From the IMG/VR virus record IMGVR_UViG_3300028887_000104, positions 1 to 64,000 of that record: DNA of 64,000 nucleotides, one strand, 5' to 3'. Numbering within the stretch: position 1 is the first letter of the stretch; every line of letters begins with the position of its first letter. The translations under genes and the position numbers were made by a program. Shown here piece by piece: positions 53,342 to 63,650 of this stretch. The notes under the pieces were generated by a model. It was not told the DNA's origin. It was given only the letters and a program-made list of their open reading frames with translations, and did no database searches. The DNA comes from a virus (taxonomy: Duplodnaviria; Caudoviricetes).

Positions 53342-54250
53342 ATGAACACGGCAGAATATGTGGACAAACTGATTGCTGACCGGAAAGCGGAAGGCGTTGC
53401 GAAAGATCTGATCGCATGGGAAGCGGCGAACGCATGCGTCAGCTGGGGATATGTTTTTGCGCAGAAGGGACAGTACTGCGATCCTGAAAACCGGCGGAAG
53501 CGAGTCAGCGACGAGCATCCGACCGTCAAGCGCGACTGCCAGGTACTGAACGGCAGCAAAGGATCATGCAATGGATGCAAGTGGTTCCCTGACGGAAAAA
53601 GAACACGAAATTTTGACTGCCGTGGATTTACATACTGGATTCTCAAAGCGGTATACGGATGGGTGCTTTACGGCGAAACGACCGTTACGCAATGGGGAAA
53701 AGCGGATAACTGGAAGATTAAAGGCACCATTGACCAGATGCCGAAAGACACGCTGTGCTGCCTGTTCCAGTACGATTCCGGTAAGAAAAAGATGGTTCAT
53801 ACCGGGTTTGGATACAACAACCAGACCGTGGAATGCCAAAAAGGCGTGCAGTATTTTGCAACGCGAAATAAAAAATGGAGCCACTATGCGGTTCCGAAAT
53901 GTGTGGAAGGAGATATACCCGTGCCAGAACCAACTGACAAACCCACTCTGCGGCGCGGAGATTCCGGACCGTATGTCACACTGATGCAGACAGACCTGGT
54001 TAAGCGCGGATATGACATCGGCAAGACCGGAGCTGACGGCAAATTCGGCAAACAGACCGAGGCCGCGCTGAAAGCATTCCAGAGAGACGCCGGCCTCGTA
54101 GCGGACGGCGTATGCGGACCGCTCACCTGGGCCGCACTGGATGACGCACCGACCACCCTGTATACGGTTACTATTCCGCATCTGACATCCAGTCAGGCGG
54201 ATGCACTCGTTAACCAGTATGCCGGTGCATACAAGACCGCAGAAGAGTGA
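53342..54250 (+). CDS. endolysin (NlpC/P60-like + peptidoglycan-binding domain)
   Basis: FDCRGF..HTGFG catalytic Cys/His; PTLRRGDSG..ADGKFG..ALKAFQ..DGVCGPLTW. Confidence 0.9.
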   Translation: MNTAEYVDKLIADRKAEGVAKDLIAWEAANACVSWGYVFAQKGQYCDPENRRKRVSDEHPTVKRDCQVLNGSKGSCNGCKWFPDGKRTRNFDCRGFTYWILKAVYGWVLYGETTVTQWGKADNWKIKGTIDQMPKDTLCCLFQYDSGKKKMVHTGFGYNNQTVECQKGVQYFATRNKKWSHYAVPKCVEGDIPVPEPTDKPTLRRGDSGPYVTLMQTDLVKRGYDIGKTGADGKFGKQTEAALKAFQRDAGLVADGVCGPLTWAALDDAPTTLYTVTIPHLTSSQADALVNQYAGAYKTAEE

Positions 54251-54261
54251 GGTGACTAAAG

Positions 54262-54732
54262 ATGGAAGCGCCAAAGATCGAGGGCATAACACCGGATATG
54301 CTCTGGACGACCCTGGTCGTTATCGTCGGACTGGCAGCCCTGTTTGTTCTGGGCGTCAAGGTGTACGACGGGGTCAAAAAACTTCGAAAAGACAGACGGG
54401 AGTCAAGGCAGTTGGAAGGACAGGACATTACCGACCGGATCGCCGCCAAAGTGATGGAACAACTGACGCCGAAGCTGGATGAAAAATTCGCGGAGATTGA
54501 CCGGAAGCTTGCGGCGGACAAAGAGACCTTGGAACTGCACACGGGCCAGCTGAACGCGACCAACGCCAGAGTAGACCGGCTGGACAGTGACAATAAAGCG
54601 TTACTCCACGGAATGTCTGCTCTGCTGAGCCACGAGGTTAACGGCAACAGCATTGACCGGCTGCAACGTACCAACGCGGCAATGAACAACTATCTGATCG
54701 ACCGGGTGTATAAGGAGGAAGACTGGGCATGA
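54262..54732 (+). CDS. membrane-anchored coiled-coil lysis-region protein
   Basis: One TM helix followed by a coiled coil. Confidence 0.6.
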   Translation: MEAPKIEGITPDMLWTTLVVIVGLAALFVLGVKVYDGVKKLRKDRRESRQLEGQDITDRIAAKVMEQLTPKLDEKFAEIDRKLAADKETLELHTGQLNATNARVDRLDSDNKALLHGMSALLSHEVNGNSIDRLQRTNAAMNNYLIDRVYKEEDWA

Positions 54733-54947
54733 AAAAATGGAAAGAGTGGGCAAAGGCGGCTCTAATTCGGGCAATCCGGACTTTTGCGGAGTCCGTCCTG
54801 GCATACGTCGGGACGGGTGCGGTTGTGCTGGGCGACGTGAACTGGCTGGCAGCGTTGTCTGCCGGTGGATTCGGCTTCGTTCTCGCTATCCTGCTGGCGC
54901 TTACCGGACTGCCGGAGGTTGACGATGACGGCGCGCTTGAAAAATAA
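54729..54947 (+). CDS. holin (Dp-1-like)
   Basis: AALIRAIRTFAE..DVNW..LTGLPEV. Confidence 0.85.
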   Translation: MKKWKEWAKAALIRAIRTFAESVLAYVGTGAVVLGDVNWLAALSAGGFGFVLAILLALTGLPEVDDDGALEK

Positions 54948-55066
54948 TGATGACCAATCGTTTTATGTCTGCGGTGCCGAGAGGTTAAATGGACCCGACC
55001 ACCTCCTAACAGGATTCATACCATCTGGTAGCAGCCGCAGACGGTCAACGATTACCGGAGGATTAT

Positions 55067-55535
55067 ATGGCAGAAGATTGCAAAACATGCTCTGAAAAGC
55101 AGGTCTGTGTTCCCTATTTCGCTCATGAGAGTACCGTAACCCACATGGCAACGGCGAACCGGCGGCTGCTTGTCGCACTGATCGTATCGCTGACGGTGAT
55201 GATGATCGGGTTTGTTATCCTTGGATACATGTTCCTTACATCTTACAACGACCGGGAAAAAGGCTGGCAGGATATTATCCAGCAGCGGACCACGGAGGTG
55301 ACCGATGGGACACAGCAGCAGACACCCCCGTGACGTCAGCCGGACGGAGTTTGAAGTCGCTATCAATGAATGGATCGTCGGCAAAAACGCGGAACGCAAC
55401 AGGCTCCTGATTCATAGGAGGCTGATTGACGGCGTCTGCTTTGAACCGCTGGCGGAAGAATTTGACCTGTCCGTTTCTCAGGTAAAGCGGATTGTACAGA
55501 AAAGCATGGAAATTATTTCCCGGCATATCAAATAA
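55067..55535 (+). CDS. membrane protein (55067-55333) and sigma-region-4-like HTH protein (55305-55535)
   Basis: TM helix; RRLIDGVCFEPLAEEFDLSVSQVKRI. Confidence 0.65.
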
Positions 55536-55571
55536 AAAGACCCGTTCCGTTATGGAGCGGGTTTTTGCTTT
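55533..55571. terminator. terminator between the convergent arms
   Basis: AAAAAGACCCGTTCC..GGAGCGGGTTTTT. Confidence 0.75.
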
Positions 55572-56119
55572 ACGCAATCGTACCAGGCATCCTCTGCCAT
55601 TTGCCGGACTGTCGGAAGCAATTCAACGGCCTGACAGAACGGCGGCGTCCAGGATTCATCCGGGGTCTTTGGCGTGTTCTCATCGCGCTGGATTTCCAGA
55701 CGACGGAGCAGTTCGAAGGTATCCAGCGCGTTACTGAATTTGATCTCTTCTTCCCATCTTCTGAATGCTTCTTTCGCATCATGCTCTCTTTGCCGCTTTT
55801 TGGCGGCTTCCAGCGCCTCCGGAGACAAAGGTGAGTCAATGTTCAGGTTGAGATGGAAGGCGGCGTTTAACCACGCTACGGCGTCTTTAAACGGCATATC
55901 GTAGTAATGTTGAACTAATGAAATAACGTCCCCGCCGGATTTGCATACGTGACAGTAGTATCCGCGATTCCCCGGATAAAGAACACAATTGAAGTCTGTT
56001 CCTCCATGGATCGGGCACTGACAGCGGCTGTGGCGAATCTCCAGGCCGAGCATTCTTCCGACATCCTGCGCAGATACCGTGCTTTTGATCGTCTGTGCTG
56101 CGAGAGTTAGCTGGTTCAT
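55550..56119 (-). CDS. CHC2 zinc-finger (primase N-terminal-like) protein
   Basis: CPIHGG..YYCHVCKSGGDVI. Confidence 0.85.
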   Translation of the reverse strand: MNQLTLAAQTIKSTVSAQDVGRMLGLEIRHSRCQCPIHGGTDFNCVLYPGNRGYYCHVCKSGGDVISLVQHYYDMPFKDAVAWLNAAFHLNLNIDSPLSPEALEAAKKRQREHDAKEAFRRWEEEIKFSNALDTFELLRRLEIQRDENTPKTPDESWTPPFCQAVELLPTVRQMAEDAWYDCVKQKPAP

Positions 56120-57504
56120 CGGATGATCACCGCACCCATCTTCCGATAACTCGTGCAGCGTTTTTTGTAAGCGCCCTGGCAGAAACCGATATCATCCACG
56201 AAATCATACACGACTGGCGGTTCCTTACCCGGGAACGTGCGCTGGACGCGACCGACCGCCTGCGTGATGATCGCGCTGTACTTGCACGGGGATGCAAGGA
56301 AGAGACGATCCAGGCAGGGGACATCGAGACCTTCTTTTGCCAGACTGTAGGATGCAAACAAGTATTTTTTCTTCCCGGTGCGCATGTCCTCAATCGCCTG
56401 TTTGCGCGCGGCCTTTGCCTTTTTGCTTTGCATCTGGCCGTTGATATACGCGGCATTTTCCTTCATGTCATTGGGCAGCCATGCGATGATCGATTCCAGC
56501 TGCTCCAGACGGTCGGACAGGATCAGACAGCTATGGTCCCAGTTCTGAACGATTGTTTCCGCGATTATCCGGTTCCTTCGTTCATCCGTTGTCAGGTATC
56601 CGATGAGCTTGACGTAGTTTATAGTACCGTCATCATTCAGGCATTCATCTGCGATCTCGGTTCCGGTATCAATCCGGCGGATTGTCGCCTGCATGGTGCG
56701 GTCCGCAACGGCAGAGTCCGGAACTGTATAGACCACATCGCCGAGCAGTGCGAACGTGGTGCGGATCAGTCCGTCGGACCTTTCCGGAGTGGCCGTGATT
56801 CCCCACTTATGACGGGCGGACAAGTGATTCAGAACCTTCTCATAGCGGGTAAAGGATTTAGCGGAACTGCTGACACGGTGGCATTCATCCACGATAACGA
56901 CATCCCAGTAATCCCGGTACTGCTGAAGCTCCAGGTTTGCCATGGTCTGAACAGTCGCGAACGTAACGCCGACGCCGATATTGGTTTTCCCTTCCGTAAT
57001 CGTTCCGATCAGAGATTCATCCATGTATCGGAGTGCACGTTCCCGGGACTGGTTTAACAGGTCCGCCGTATGGCACAGCCAGAGTGCACGGCGACGTGTT
57101 GCTTTAATCAGCGCAATTCCCATCTGCGTCTTTCCGGAACCTGGTTTACTCTTCAGGATGCCATACTTCGCTTCCATCATTTTCATTACGGCTGTTTTCT
57201 GATCGTCGTACAGTCCCATGCTTTTGCTGCCGTAATCGATAATATTATCCTGGCGGAAGTCGCATGTGACCAGCGTATCCCGCAGAAGCGGCATAATTTC
57301 CCGGATAACGCCGAAAGGCATGATCAACGTGTTCCCGTTCCACTCATACAAGCGAAGTTCGCGCGGGGTCCGGCCCAGCCAAAACCCCATGCGCTGCTTC
57401 TTTTCATATTCCGGATTGGCGAAACACAGGTTTGTCTTTGCCCAGGAGATAACGTCATTGGACGGATCCTCAATAAAGATACGGTTGGCGATCTTCGTAT
57501 TCAC
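56116..57504 (-). CDS. SF2 DEAD/DEAH-box helicase
   Basis: PGSGKT, VDECH, TATPER, EGLDVP, QAVGRVQR. Confidence 0.95.
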   Translation of the reverse strand: MNTKIANRIFIEDPSNDVISWAKTNLCFANPEYEKKQRMGFWLGRTPRELRLYEWNGNTLIMPFGVIREIMPLLRDTLVTCDFRQDNIIDYGSKSMGLYDDQKTAVMKMMEAKYGILKSKPGSGKTQMGIALIKATRRRALWLCHTADLLNQSRERALRYMDESLIGTITEGKTNIGVGVTFATVQTMANLELQQYRDYWDVVIVDECHRVSSSAKSFTRYEKVLNHLSARHKWGITATPERSDGLIRTTFALLGDVVYTVPDSAVADRTMQATIRRIDTGTEIADECLNDDGTINYVKLIGYLTTDERRNRIIAETIVQNWDHSCLILSDRLEQLESIIAWLPNDMKENAAYINGQMQSKKAKAARKQAIEDMRTGKKKYLFASYSLAKEGLDVPCLDRLFLASPCKYSAIITQAVGRVQRTFPGKEPPVVYDFVDDIGFCQGAYKKRCTSYRKMGAVIIR

Positions 57505-57935
57505 ATATCATCCCCCCACGTTTCACTGGCCTTTAGCCATTTCTCCAGCGGCCACGCCTGCGTGCGAATATCGTTATCCGTCATGCGTTTTCTGTTACGG
57601 TTTTTCATGGTTTCCATGCGTTCCAGAGATATCATCCACATTGTCCCATCCGGAAGGCGAAACGCAAAATAACAGAGTTCAAATGCTTTCTTATGAAACA
57701 TCTTCATGGCTGATCTCTGGTTGTCCTCAATTCGTTCGAACGGAAACCCTTTGTCATCACTGATCACCTTGCAGTCGATCAGCGTATGATAGTGCCCACG
57801 GATGGCGATAATGTCCGCAGGCTGGCCGGATTTGTTCTGCTGGAGAACATGCACCCAGAATCCGGCGTCCGCCATGATATGGGACAATTCCTGTTCGAAC
57901 CGGCCGCCGACGGTACGGTTATCGGTTTTCTGCAT
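57501..57935 (-). CDS. PD-(D/E)xK nuclease / Holliday junction resolvase
   Basis: FEQE..PADIIA..LIDCK. Confidence 0.7.
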   Translation of the reverse strand: MQKTDNRTVGGRFEQELSHIMADAGFWVHVLQQNKSGQPADIIAIRGHYHTLIDCKVISDDKGFPFERIEDNQRSAMKMFHKKAFELCYFAFRLPDGTMWMISLERMETMKNRNRKRMTDNDIRTQAWPLEKWLKASETWGDDM

Positions 57936-58215
57936 CCTCCTCGTCCTCCTCAAAGATGGCCTCTGCGAATTTCTCGTATTCAACCTTGCCGGTGACGTAT
58001 TTCAGTTTTCCAGGCTGCGTTCCGAACAGGCTGCACATCATTTCCTGATCTGCGGTAAAAGAGTCGCAGCAGCAGACGCCAAGCTGATCATTCCCACGGG
58101 ACGTATCACAGACGATTTTGTCCCCAGCTTCCAGCAAAATTGATTTGGGGACTTTGAACAGGTATTTTCCATTGTCTTGCAGATGCTTTATAATCACAAA
58201 CTTTTTCAGAATCAT
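57919..58215 (-). CDS. hypothetical protein
   Basis: ORF with RBS GAGGAG. Confidence 0.6.
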   Translation of the reverse strand: MILKKFVIIKHLQDNGKYLFKVPKSILLEAGDKIVCDTSRGNDQLGVCCCDSFTADQEMMCSLFGTQPGKLKYVTGKVEYEKFAEAIFEEDEEDAENR

Positions 58216-58285
58216 ATTTATTCTCCTCTAAAAATAGTCTCCGGATGCCGATCTCTGTCGGTGCTTAATCCGGAGGAATAATATT

Positions 58286-58400
58286 GCAATGCGGGTGAGG
58301 ATTTGCACCTCACATGGATTTTTCGCTATTTAGCCACGCGCAGCGTCAAGCAGCATGTCTCCGTGCTATTTGCGTCTACCTATTCCAGCCACCGCATCGC
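58286..58400 (-). ncRNA. tRNA-like RNA without a canonical anticodon arm
   Basis: GCGATGCGG/CCGCATTGC stem, GGAATAGGTAGACGC, GTGAGG-TGCAAAT-CCTCAC. Confidence 0.75.
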
Positions 58401-58585
58401 ACAGTCAGCGCCTATCCCTCGTCATCGCTGTTGCCGCGCAAACCCATACCTACACATACGCGGTCCCCACAACTGTATTGCCGTTGTGCCGTCTCCCCAC
58501 CAATCAGGCACAAGTCCCGCCGATCCAACCGCCCCGGGTGCACGTCCTTGGAGTTGGAAAGGACTACTCCGAATTGAGAACATGT

Positions 58586-58987
58586 TTAGAATGGCAATTC
58601 ACCTTCTGGCAATTCCACAGGCGTCATGTTCGGCTGCACGGGAGCTTCTGCGGCCTGGGCCTGTTCAGACTGTCCGACCGGAGACAGGAACTCGACGTCC
58701 TCCGCAAAGACTTCAAGCGTCGCAGACGGCTGATTATCCCGGTTCGTAAACGCATGGACCGATACGGCACCGACAACGACGACCTTCTTGCCTTTGACCA
58801 GATATTTCTGGCAGTTTTCGCCAAGCTTGCCCCAGGCGGATACGCGGAAGAAATCCGCTTCCGGCTGACCTTCTGTCCTCCTGCGGCGGTTGACAGCAAC
58901 GGTGAAATTGCAGACGGACTTGCCGTCCTGAGTGTTTCTGGATTCCGGATCCCTTGTGAGATTCCCGATGATAGTAAGTCGATTCAT
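58586..58987 (-). CDS. ssb: single-stranded DNA-binding protein
   Basis: IIGNLTRDPE..FTVAVNR..acidic LPF tail. Confidence 0.95.
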   Translation of the reverse strand: MNRLTIIGNLTRDPESRNTQDGKSVCNFTVAVNRRRRTEGQPEADFFRVSAWGKLGENCQKYLVKGKKVVVVGAVSVHAFTNRDNQPSATLEVFAEDVEFLSPVGQSEQAQAAEAPVQPNMTPVELPEGELPF

Positions 58988-59187
58988 GTCTGCTTCTCCT
59001 CTTCTGTATTATTGATTGCCTGTTCCTTCAGGTATTTCATCAGGTTGATGCATCTGTTTTTGTAATTGCACATAATTGTTGTGTTGTGGATTTCTTCACC
59101 GTTTATAAGATATAATGTTTCCCTGTCTACAACCGCGTCAAACCGATCACAATTCTGACAGTAATCCTGAACTTGCAGTTCAATCAT
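58984..59187 (-). CDS. hypothetical Cys-rich protein
   Basis: Overlapping ORF. Confidence 0.55.
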   Translation of the reverse strand: MIELQVQDYCQNCDRFDAVVDRETLYLINGEEIHNTTIMCNYKNRCINLMKYLKEQAINNTEEEKQT

Positions 59188-60113
59188 TCTCCCGCCTCCG
59201 CCATGAGCTGCGCGGCGAGATCGTTAGCCTGGGCATTCACAGCTTTCACGACATCTTCCGCTTTCACGGCGTTCTGTGTGGCTGCATCCATTGCCGTTTT
59301 GGCTTTCTGACCGCAGTTTACGCACAGCGGCCTGCCATACTTTTCCTTGCCCATTTTGGCAATGGTTTCCGCAGTGAAATCCTTCACGCCGATGATTTCC
59401 GAACCGCAGTCAGCGCACTTCGGAACAGTCTTTTTCTTCGCTTTTTCCGGCTTTTTTTCCGGTTCCGGAGCAGGTTCTTCCGACAGGATTGCATTGCTCA
59501 GATTCTGAGCAGACGGAACCGGCATGACCGGACTGGCATCGTAGATCTCTTCTGCCGTCTGGAGACCCATCATGGCCTCCGGGCAGAACATCCTGGCGAA
59601 AAAGCTTGCCGCACGGTATCCAAGCATCTGCTCCGGCATGTTCTTCCACTTGCTGTTGCTCATCCATCCTTCGCTTTTCGCCATCTGGATGGTGACCTCG
59701 GTTCCACGCAGGACTTCGCCGTCTGAAATGCGCGTAGCTTCCACGTAGCATCCGCGATTATCCGTTCCGCGTTCGCCGGTATAAACGTGTTTCACATTGC
59801 GGAACTTACCGCAGGCGGAAATCATCGCCATGCAGGCCTGACCGGCCCAGCTGGGTTTGCCTTTCACAACATAGAGGTTCTGCATGATAAAGATCGGACT
59901 TGTGTTCATCCGTGCCGCCATTTCCACGGCGATGAAACAATCTTCCGGTTTGCCACGGTAGGTCTCCGGGACAATCGTGCTCTTGCTGAGCATGTTCGCG
60001 ACCCGGGCAACCTGGTCAAAGGCCTCCTTGTTCTGCCATACGTTCATGGCAGCCTGCGTCGGGATCTGAATCCCTGTGTTCTGTTCCTGCTGAATGATTC
60101 CTGTCTCGCTCAT
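59184..60113 (-). CDS. phage single-strand annealing recombinase (RecT/Bet-like) with zinc ribbon
   Basis: GKPEDC..MQNLYVVKGKPSW..WKNMPEQML.YRAASFFAR; adjacent to RecE-like nuclease and ssb. Confidence 0.75.
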   Translation of the reverse strand: MSETGIIQQEQNTGIQIPTQAAMNVWQNKEAFDQVARVANMLSKSTIVPETYRGKPEDCFIAVEMAARMNTSPIFIMQNLYVVKGKPSWAGQACMAMISACGKFRNVKHVYTGERGTDNRGCYVEATRISDGEVLRGTEVTIQMAKSEGWMSNSKWKNMPEQMLGYRAASFFARMFCPEAMMGLQTAEEIYDASPVMPVPSAQNLSNAILSEEPAPEPEKKPEKAKKKTVPKCADCGSEIIGVKDFTAETIAKMGKEKYGRPLCVNCGQKAKTAMDAATQNAVKAEDVVKAVNAQANDLAAQLMAEAGE

Positions 60114-60253
60114 CGTACGTTCCTCCATTCGTAGTTTTTGCTACCTTTTCCCAGTGATTTTTTGTCCATTGTTTTCGCTTTTCTTTGTTCTTTTGATAGT
60201 ATTGCCTATAATATTCTCGTCTTGCATTAATGGCTTCTTCGGATAATTTTTTC

Positions 60254-60709
60254 TCACAATCCATAATGCTCTTCTCCGTATTCTTTAATAATCTCTGCGA
60301 CAACAATGTATTCAGGGATTGAATGCGTGTTGTGTTTTTCACAAAGCTCTATTTTCTTACTATGTATCGTTTTTCTTATTGTTTCAGTTCGTGGGATTTT
60401 AATCGTATTAGCAATCCTTTGGGGTGATGAATGTTCTTTATAGTATTGCAAGAACTCTTCTCTTCTTTTGGCAAGATCCATAATGTAACTGTGTCCTTCT
60501 TTGCTTGTAATGCCATTGTTAAATATAACTATATCGTTTGGATACAGTTCTTTCACTGCCAAAGACGTTTTCATCCCCCAATTGCGTCCTGAAATTGAAT
60601 TGCCATTCTCTTTCGCATACTTTGTAAGAAAATCGATAAGCTGTTTCTTATCATAAAGATCAACATTCAAACATGAAAGTTGATTTTTAGCACGCAATAA
60701 ATGATCCAT
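60254..60709 (-). CDS. AT-rich hypothetical protein
   Basis: 151-aa ORF, visibly more AT-rich than its neighbours. Confidence 0.55.
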   Translation of the reverse strand: MDHLLRAKNQLSCLNVDLYDKKQLIDFLTKYAKENGNSISGRNWGMKTSLAVKELYPNDIVIFNNGITSKEGHSYIMDLAKRREEFLQYYKEHSSPQRIANTIKIPRTETIRKTIHSKKIELCEKHNTHSIPEYIVVAEIIKEYGEEHYGL

Positions 60710-61518
60710 TAATCGTCATCCTTCAGCCATTTCGGCAGGTGAATCTGCGCGATCTGATTATCAAAGCCTTCGTATCCGGGCCACGTCCGTTCCGTGCGGC
60801 ACTTGTGATACAGCGCCAGCAGACTGCGATACCCTGGAACCTTGCCGGTCTTATCGCCATTCATGCCCAGGCGGATCTCGTCCTCGCCGCACTGAAGGAC
60901 GTTCACCGCGTACGGAGGATCCTTCTCGACTGCTACGAAGACAAACACGCTGTCTTTGCCGGTATGACATTTTACACCATCGGAGTACATTGCCGCCTGC
61001 ATGAAGTATCCGTATTTGACGGCATCCCGGACAAACTCTTCCGTTTCCGCGCTGGCGCAGGTCTTCAGGTCCACAATGTAGTGTACGTCGTTGATATCCG
61101 TCTCACAGTCGGTCTTGCACTTGCAGCGTTCGCCGGTTTCCGGATCGTTCCAGAAGTGGGCTGTCTCATGCTTCCCGGTCAGCAGGCGCTTCGCAAACGG
61201 ATTTGCTTTGATCGCTGCGGCAATACTGTCGATTTGTTCACTCTGATCTTTGGTCAGCAGGATCTTCCCGGCATCCAGGGCCTGCTGCTTCAGCGCTTTG
61301 CCTTCCTTGGTGCGGGCGTCAAAGTCAGCTACCATGTACGTCTTTTTAAACTGCCTGGGTTCCAGGACTGCGCAGTGAACCGCGCTTCCAAAGGCCATCG
61401 CCGCATTCTGCTCTGCGGGATGATCCACCGCATAACGGAAATGCGCAGGACTCCTTTTCAGTTTCCACAGGTCGCTCCGGCGGATCCCTTTCCGCCTGTT
61501 ATAGGTTTCCTCAGTCAT
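60709..61518 (-). CDS. RecE / exonuclease VIII-like PD-(D/E)xK nuclease
   Basis: SPAHF..FGSAVH..CKCKTD..VDLKT..YFMQAAMY. Confidence 0.85.
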   Translation of the reverse strand: MTEETYNRRKGIRRSDLWKLKRSPAHFRYAVDHPAEQNAAMAFGSAVHCAVLEPRQFKKTYMVADFDARTKEGKALKQQALDAGKILLTKDQSEQIDSIAAAIKANPFAKRLLTGKHETAHFWNDPETGERCKCKTDCETDINDVHYIVDLKTCASAETEEFVRDAVKYGYFMQAAMYSDGVKCHTGKDSVFVFVAVEKDPPYAVNVLQCGEDEIRLGMNGDKTGKVPGYRSLLALYHKCRTERTWPGYEGFDNQIAQIHLPKWLKDDD

Positions 61519-63173
61519 GATTTTCCTCCTCAATCATCTTTCCAAGCTCACGTAACTTTTTCTCTGCCATCCATTTGGACAGCAGGCAGATATTCACCAC
61601 GCCGGTTACCCATCCGCCAGCGAACATCAGCAGACCACCCTGCTGGTATGCGATGACGGCGGCGACCCCGGCAATGATTCCGCTTAAAAAGGTCAACCAC
61701 ACTACGTTTTTCACACTCCTTTACCACGTTTCGTAATATTAGTGGGGATTTAAAAACGGCTGTCCCCAACCGGCGGCTAACTGTCCTTTCCATTATCCAC
61801 CCGGGAAAAACGGTCAAAGAAGACGAGTGGTTTTTGAGGACAATGCGCGACAGGAGGTCTCCGCTCTGGATCAAGTCCATTGCCTAAAGTATTATTCATA
61901 CGGAGTGTAGTCTCTCCGACGATACTTTCTGTTCTTGCGATCCTTTATGATCAGTCTGATAAAGCTTTCGCTCATTGTGTTCTGGCTTTCTCTGTACTCG
62001 CGCTCTTTCTTGCGCATTTCGTCCAGTTTTTTCCTCCATGCTTTGTAGCGTTCGCATTTGCCATGGCATCCGATCTCCCTGTCTTTGCATCCCTTGCACA
62101 CGCATCCGCCCGGGCCTGGGAACCGACTGTTGGGATTCTTCAATTCCCCCACTCCCTTCCGTTGTACGGACAGAGATATGTACCTTCGTACGTATCCATC
62201 GGGAGATGGGTCTTCAGCAGTTTGCACAGATTGCACTTCGCGCTTTCTTCGAACGTGTCCGTGCAGTCCATGCACTTGATCTGGGCCGCGTCGATCAGTG
62301 TCCTCAGTTCTTCCTTTTGCAGGACGACACTGGTTTTTGACGGTGTCGCTTTCGGAACGAGACGCATCTCATAATCCGTAGCTGTTGCCATCAGGTTGGC
62401 GCGCTGCTTTTCCGGGATCGTCTGGCGGATTTCGTTCAGGATTCTGATGCTGTCATCCGCGAGGAAGGCCATGCGCTCCGTACCGTTTTCCACCATTTTC
62501 AGGCGCTTTGCAAGATCCGTTTTCGAATCAATCAGGGTTGATACGGTATTCATGAGGAACAGCAGGCAAGTCTTCTCCCGGCGGTTCAGATCAACGGCGT
62601 CTTCTCTGGTAGGATATACAAAGTTCATCATTCTCCTCCAAACTCCAGGTATTCGGATCGCACATACCCACGATTCGTGACAGACCATTCCGGCGTCCAG
62701 TAATAGACCGTAACAACGGTCATCGGTTTCAGCCAGCGCGTCCGTCTTCCATTGACGTATTTCCTGGCGGCGAGACGCTTATTTGCGATTACGGTATACC
62801 GTTCGTTCTTGTATTCCGGCCTGTCGTATACAACGAACCCGGAATGGATCCAACCTTCCGATTGTTCGAAGCTCAGATCAACGCAATGCAGATATCCGTT
62901 CTGTTCATCGCCGTCCAGTTTGACTACGTCTCCGGGTTCCAGGATTCCGATACTGTTGCTGTTTTTGTTCGGACTGTTCCGGACGTTGACGTAATCATCC
63001 GGCATGCAGATCACATAGCCGTCATAGGTCCATACTTCGTCCGCGAATGCATCCGCAAAGCCGAGGTTTTTGTACAGCCAGACTACGCTGTAGATGAACG
63101 CGGCGATCAGCGCGATCTCCAGCAACAGGATCAGGATTTTGCAGGTGTCCGTATCCCGGAAACGTTTCTTCAT
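61511..63173 (-). CDS. membrane protein (61511-61714), hypotheticals (61892-62143, 62140-62631), SH3-domain protein (62628-63173)
   Basis: YVNVRNSP..IGILEPGDVV..GWIHSGFV SH3b-like in the last gene. Confidence 0.65.
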
Positions 63174-63628
63174 TCTGTTTGATCTCCTATCACTTCATTA
63201 ATTGCGTGGATTACTCCGGCAAGCTCAGCCAGGGTCTGATACTTTGCTTTGAAAGATGTTAGTTCGCGCTTTGCGATATTGAGTAAACGCTCTTTCTTTG
63301 ACTCATCGCTCATGATCACTTCCGTAGGAATGTACTCATGCGATGTGCGCTCAATGTTGAAATAGGCACGGACTGGTGGCGATTGTTCTTCATCATCCAC
63401 CGTTACGGAGATGCTGGCGATCATGACGCGCCCGGTTTGTTCCCGCCACTTTTCAGCGGCAATGGAATCGTCCCATTCAAACTCGTTATGCAGCGGCGAA
63501 TCATCCGGCCTGCTCACTTCCACGAGTTCCGCAGGACTTAGCCTGCCTTTACTTGCGAGCTGATCCATTACGCTCTTTGCAACTTCTGCCGATACTTTAA
63601 ACCGGCTCCCTTTTACCCATGAGATCAA
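63170..63628 (-). CDS. conserved hypothetical phage protein directly downstream of the pentamer array
   Basis: SRPDDSPLHNEFEWDD.IAAEKWR..R.MI motif. Confidence 0.7.
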   Translation of the reverse strand: MISWVKGSRFKVSAEVAKSVMDQLASKGRLSPAELVEVSRPDDSPLHNEFEWDDSIAAEKWREQTGRVMIASISVTVDDEEQSPPVRAYFNIERTSHEYIPTEVIMSDESKKERLLNIAKRELTSFKAKYQTLAELAGVIHAINEVIGDQTE

Positions 63629-63650
63629 GTGTAATCACTCCTTCTTTTTT

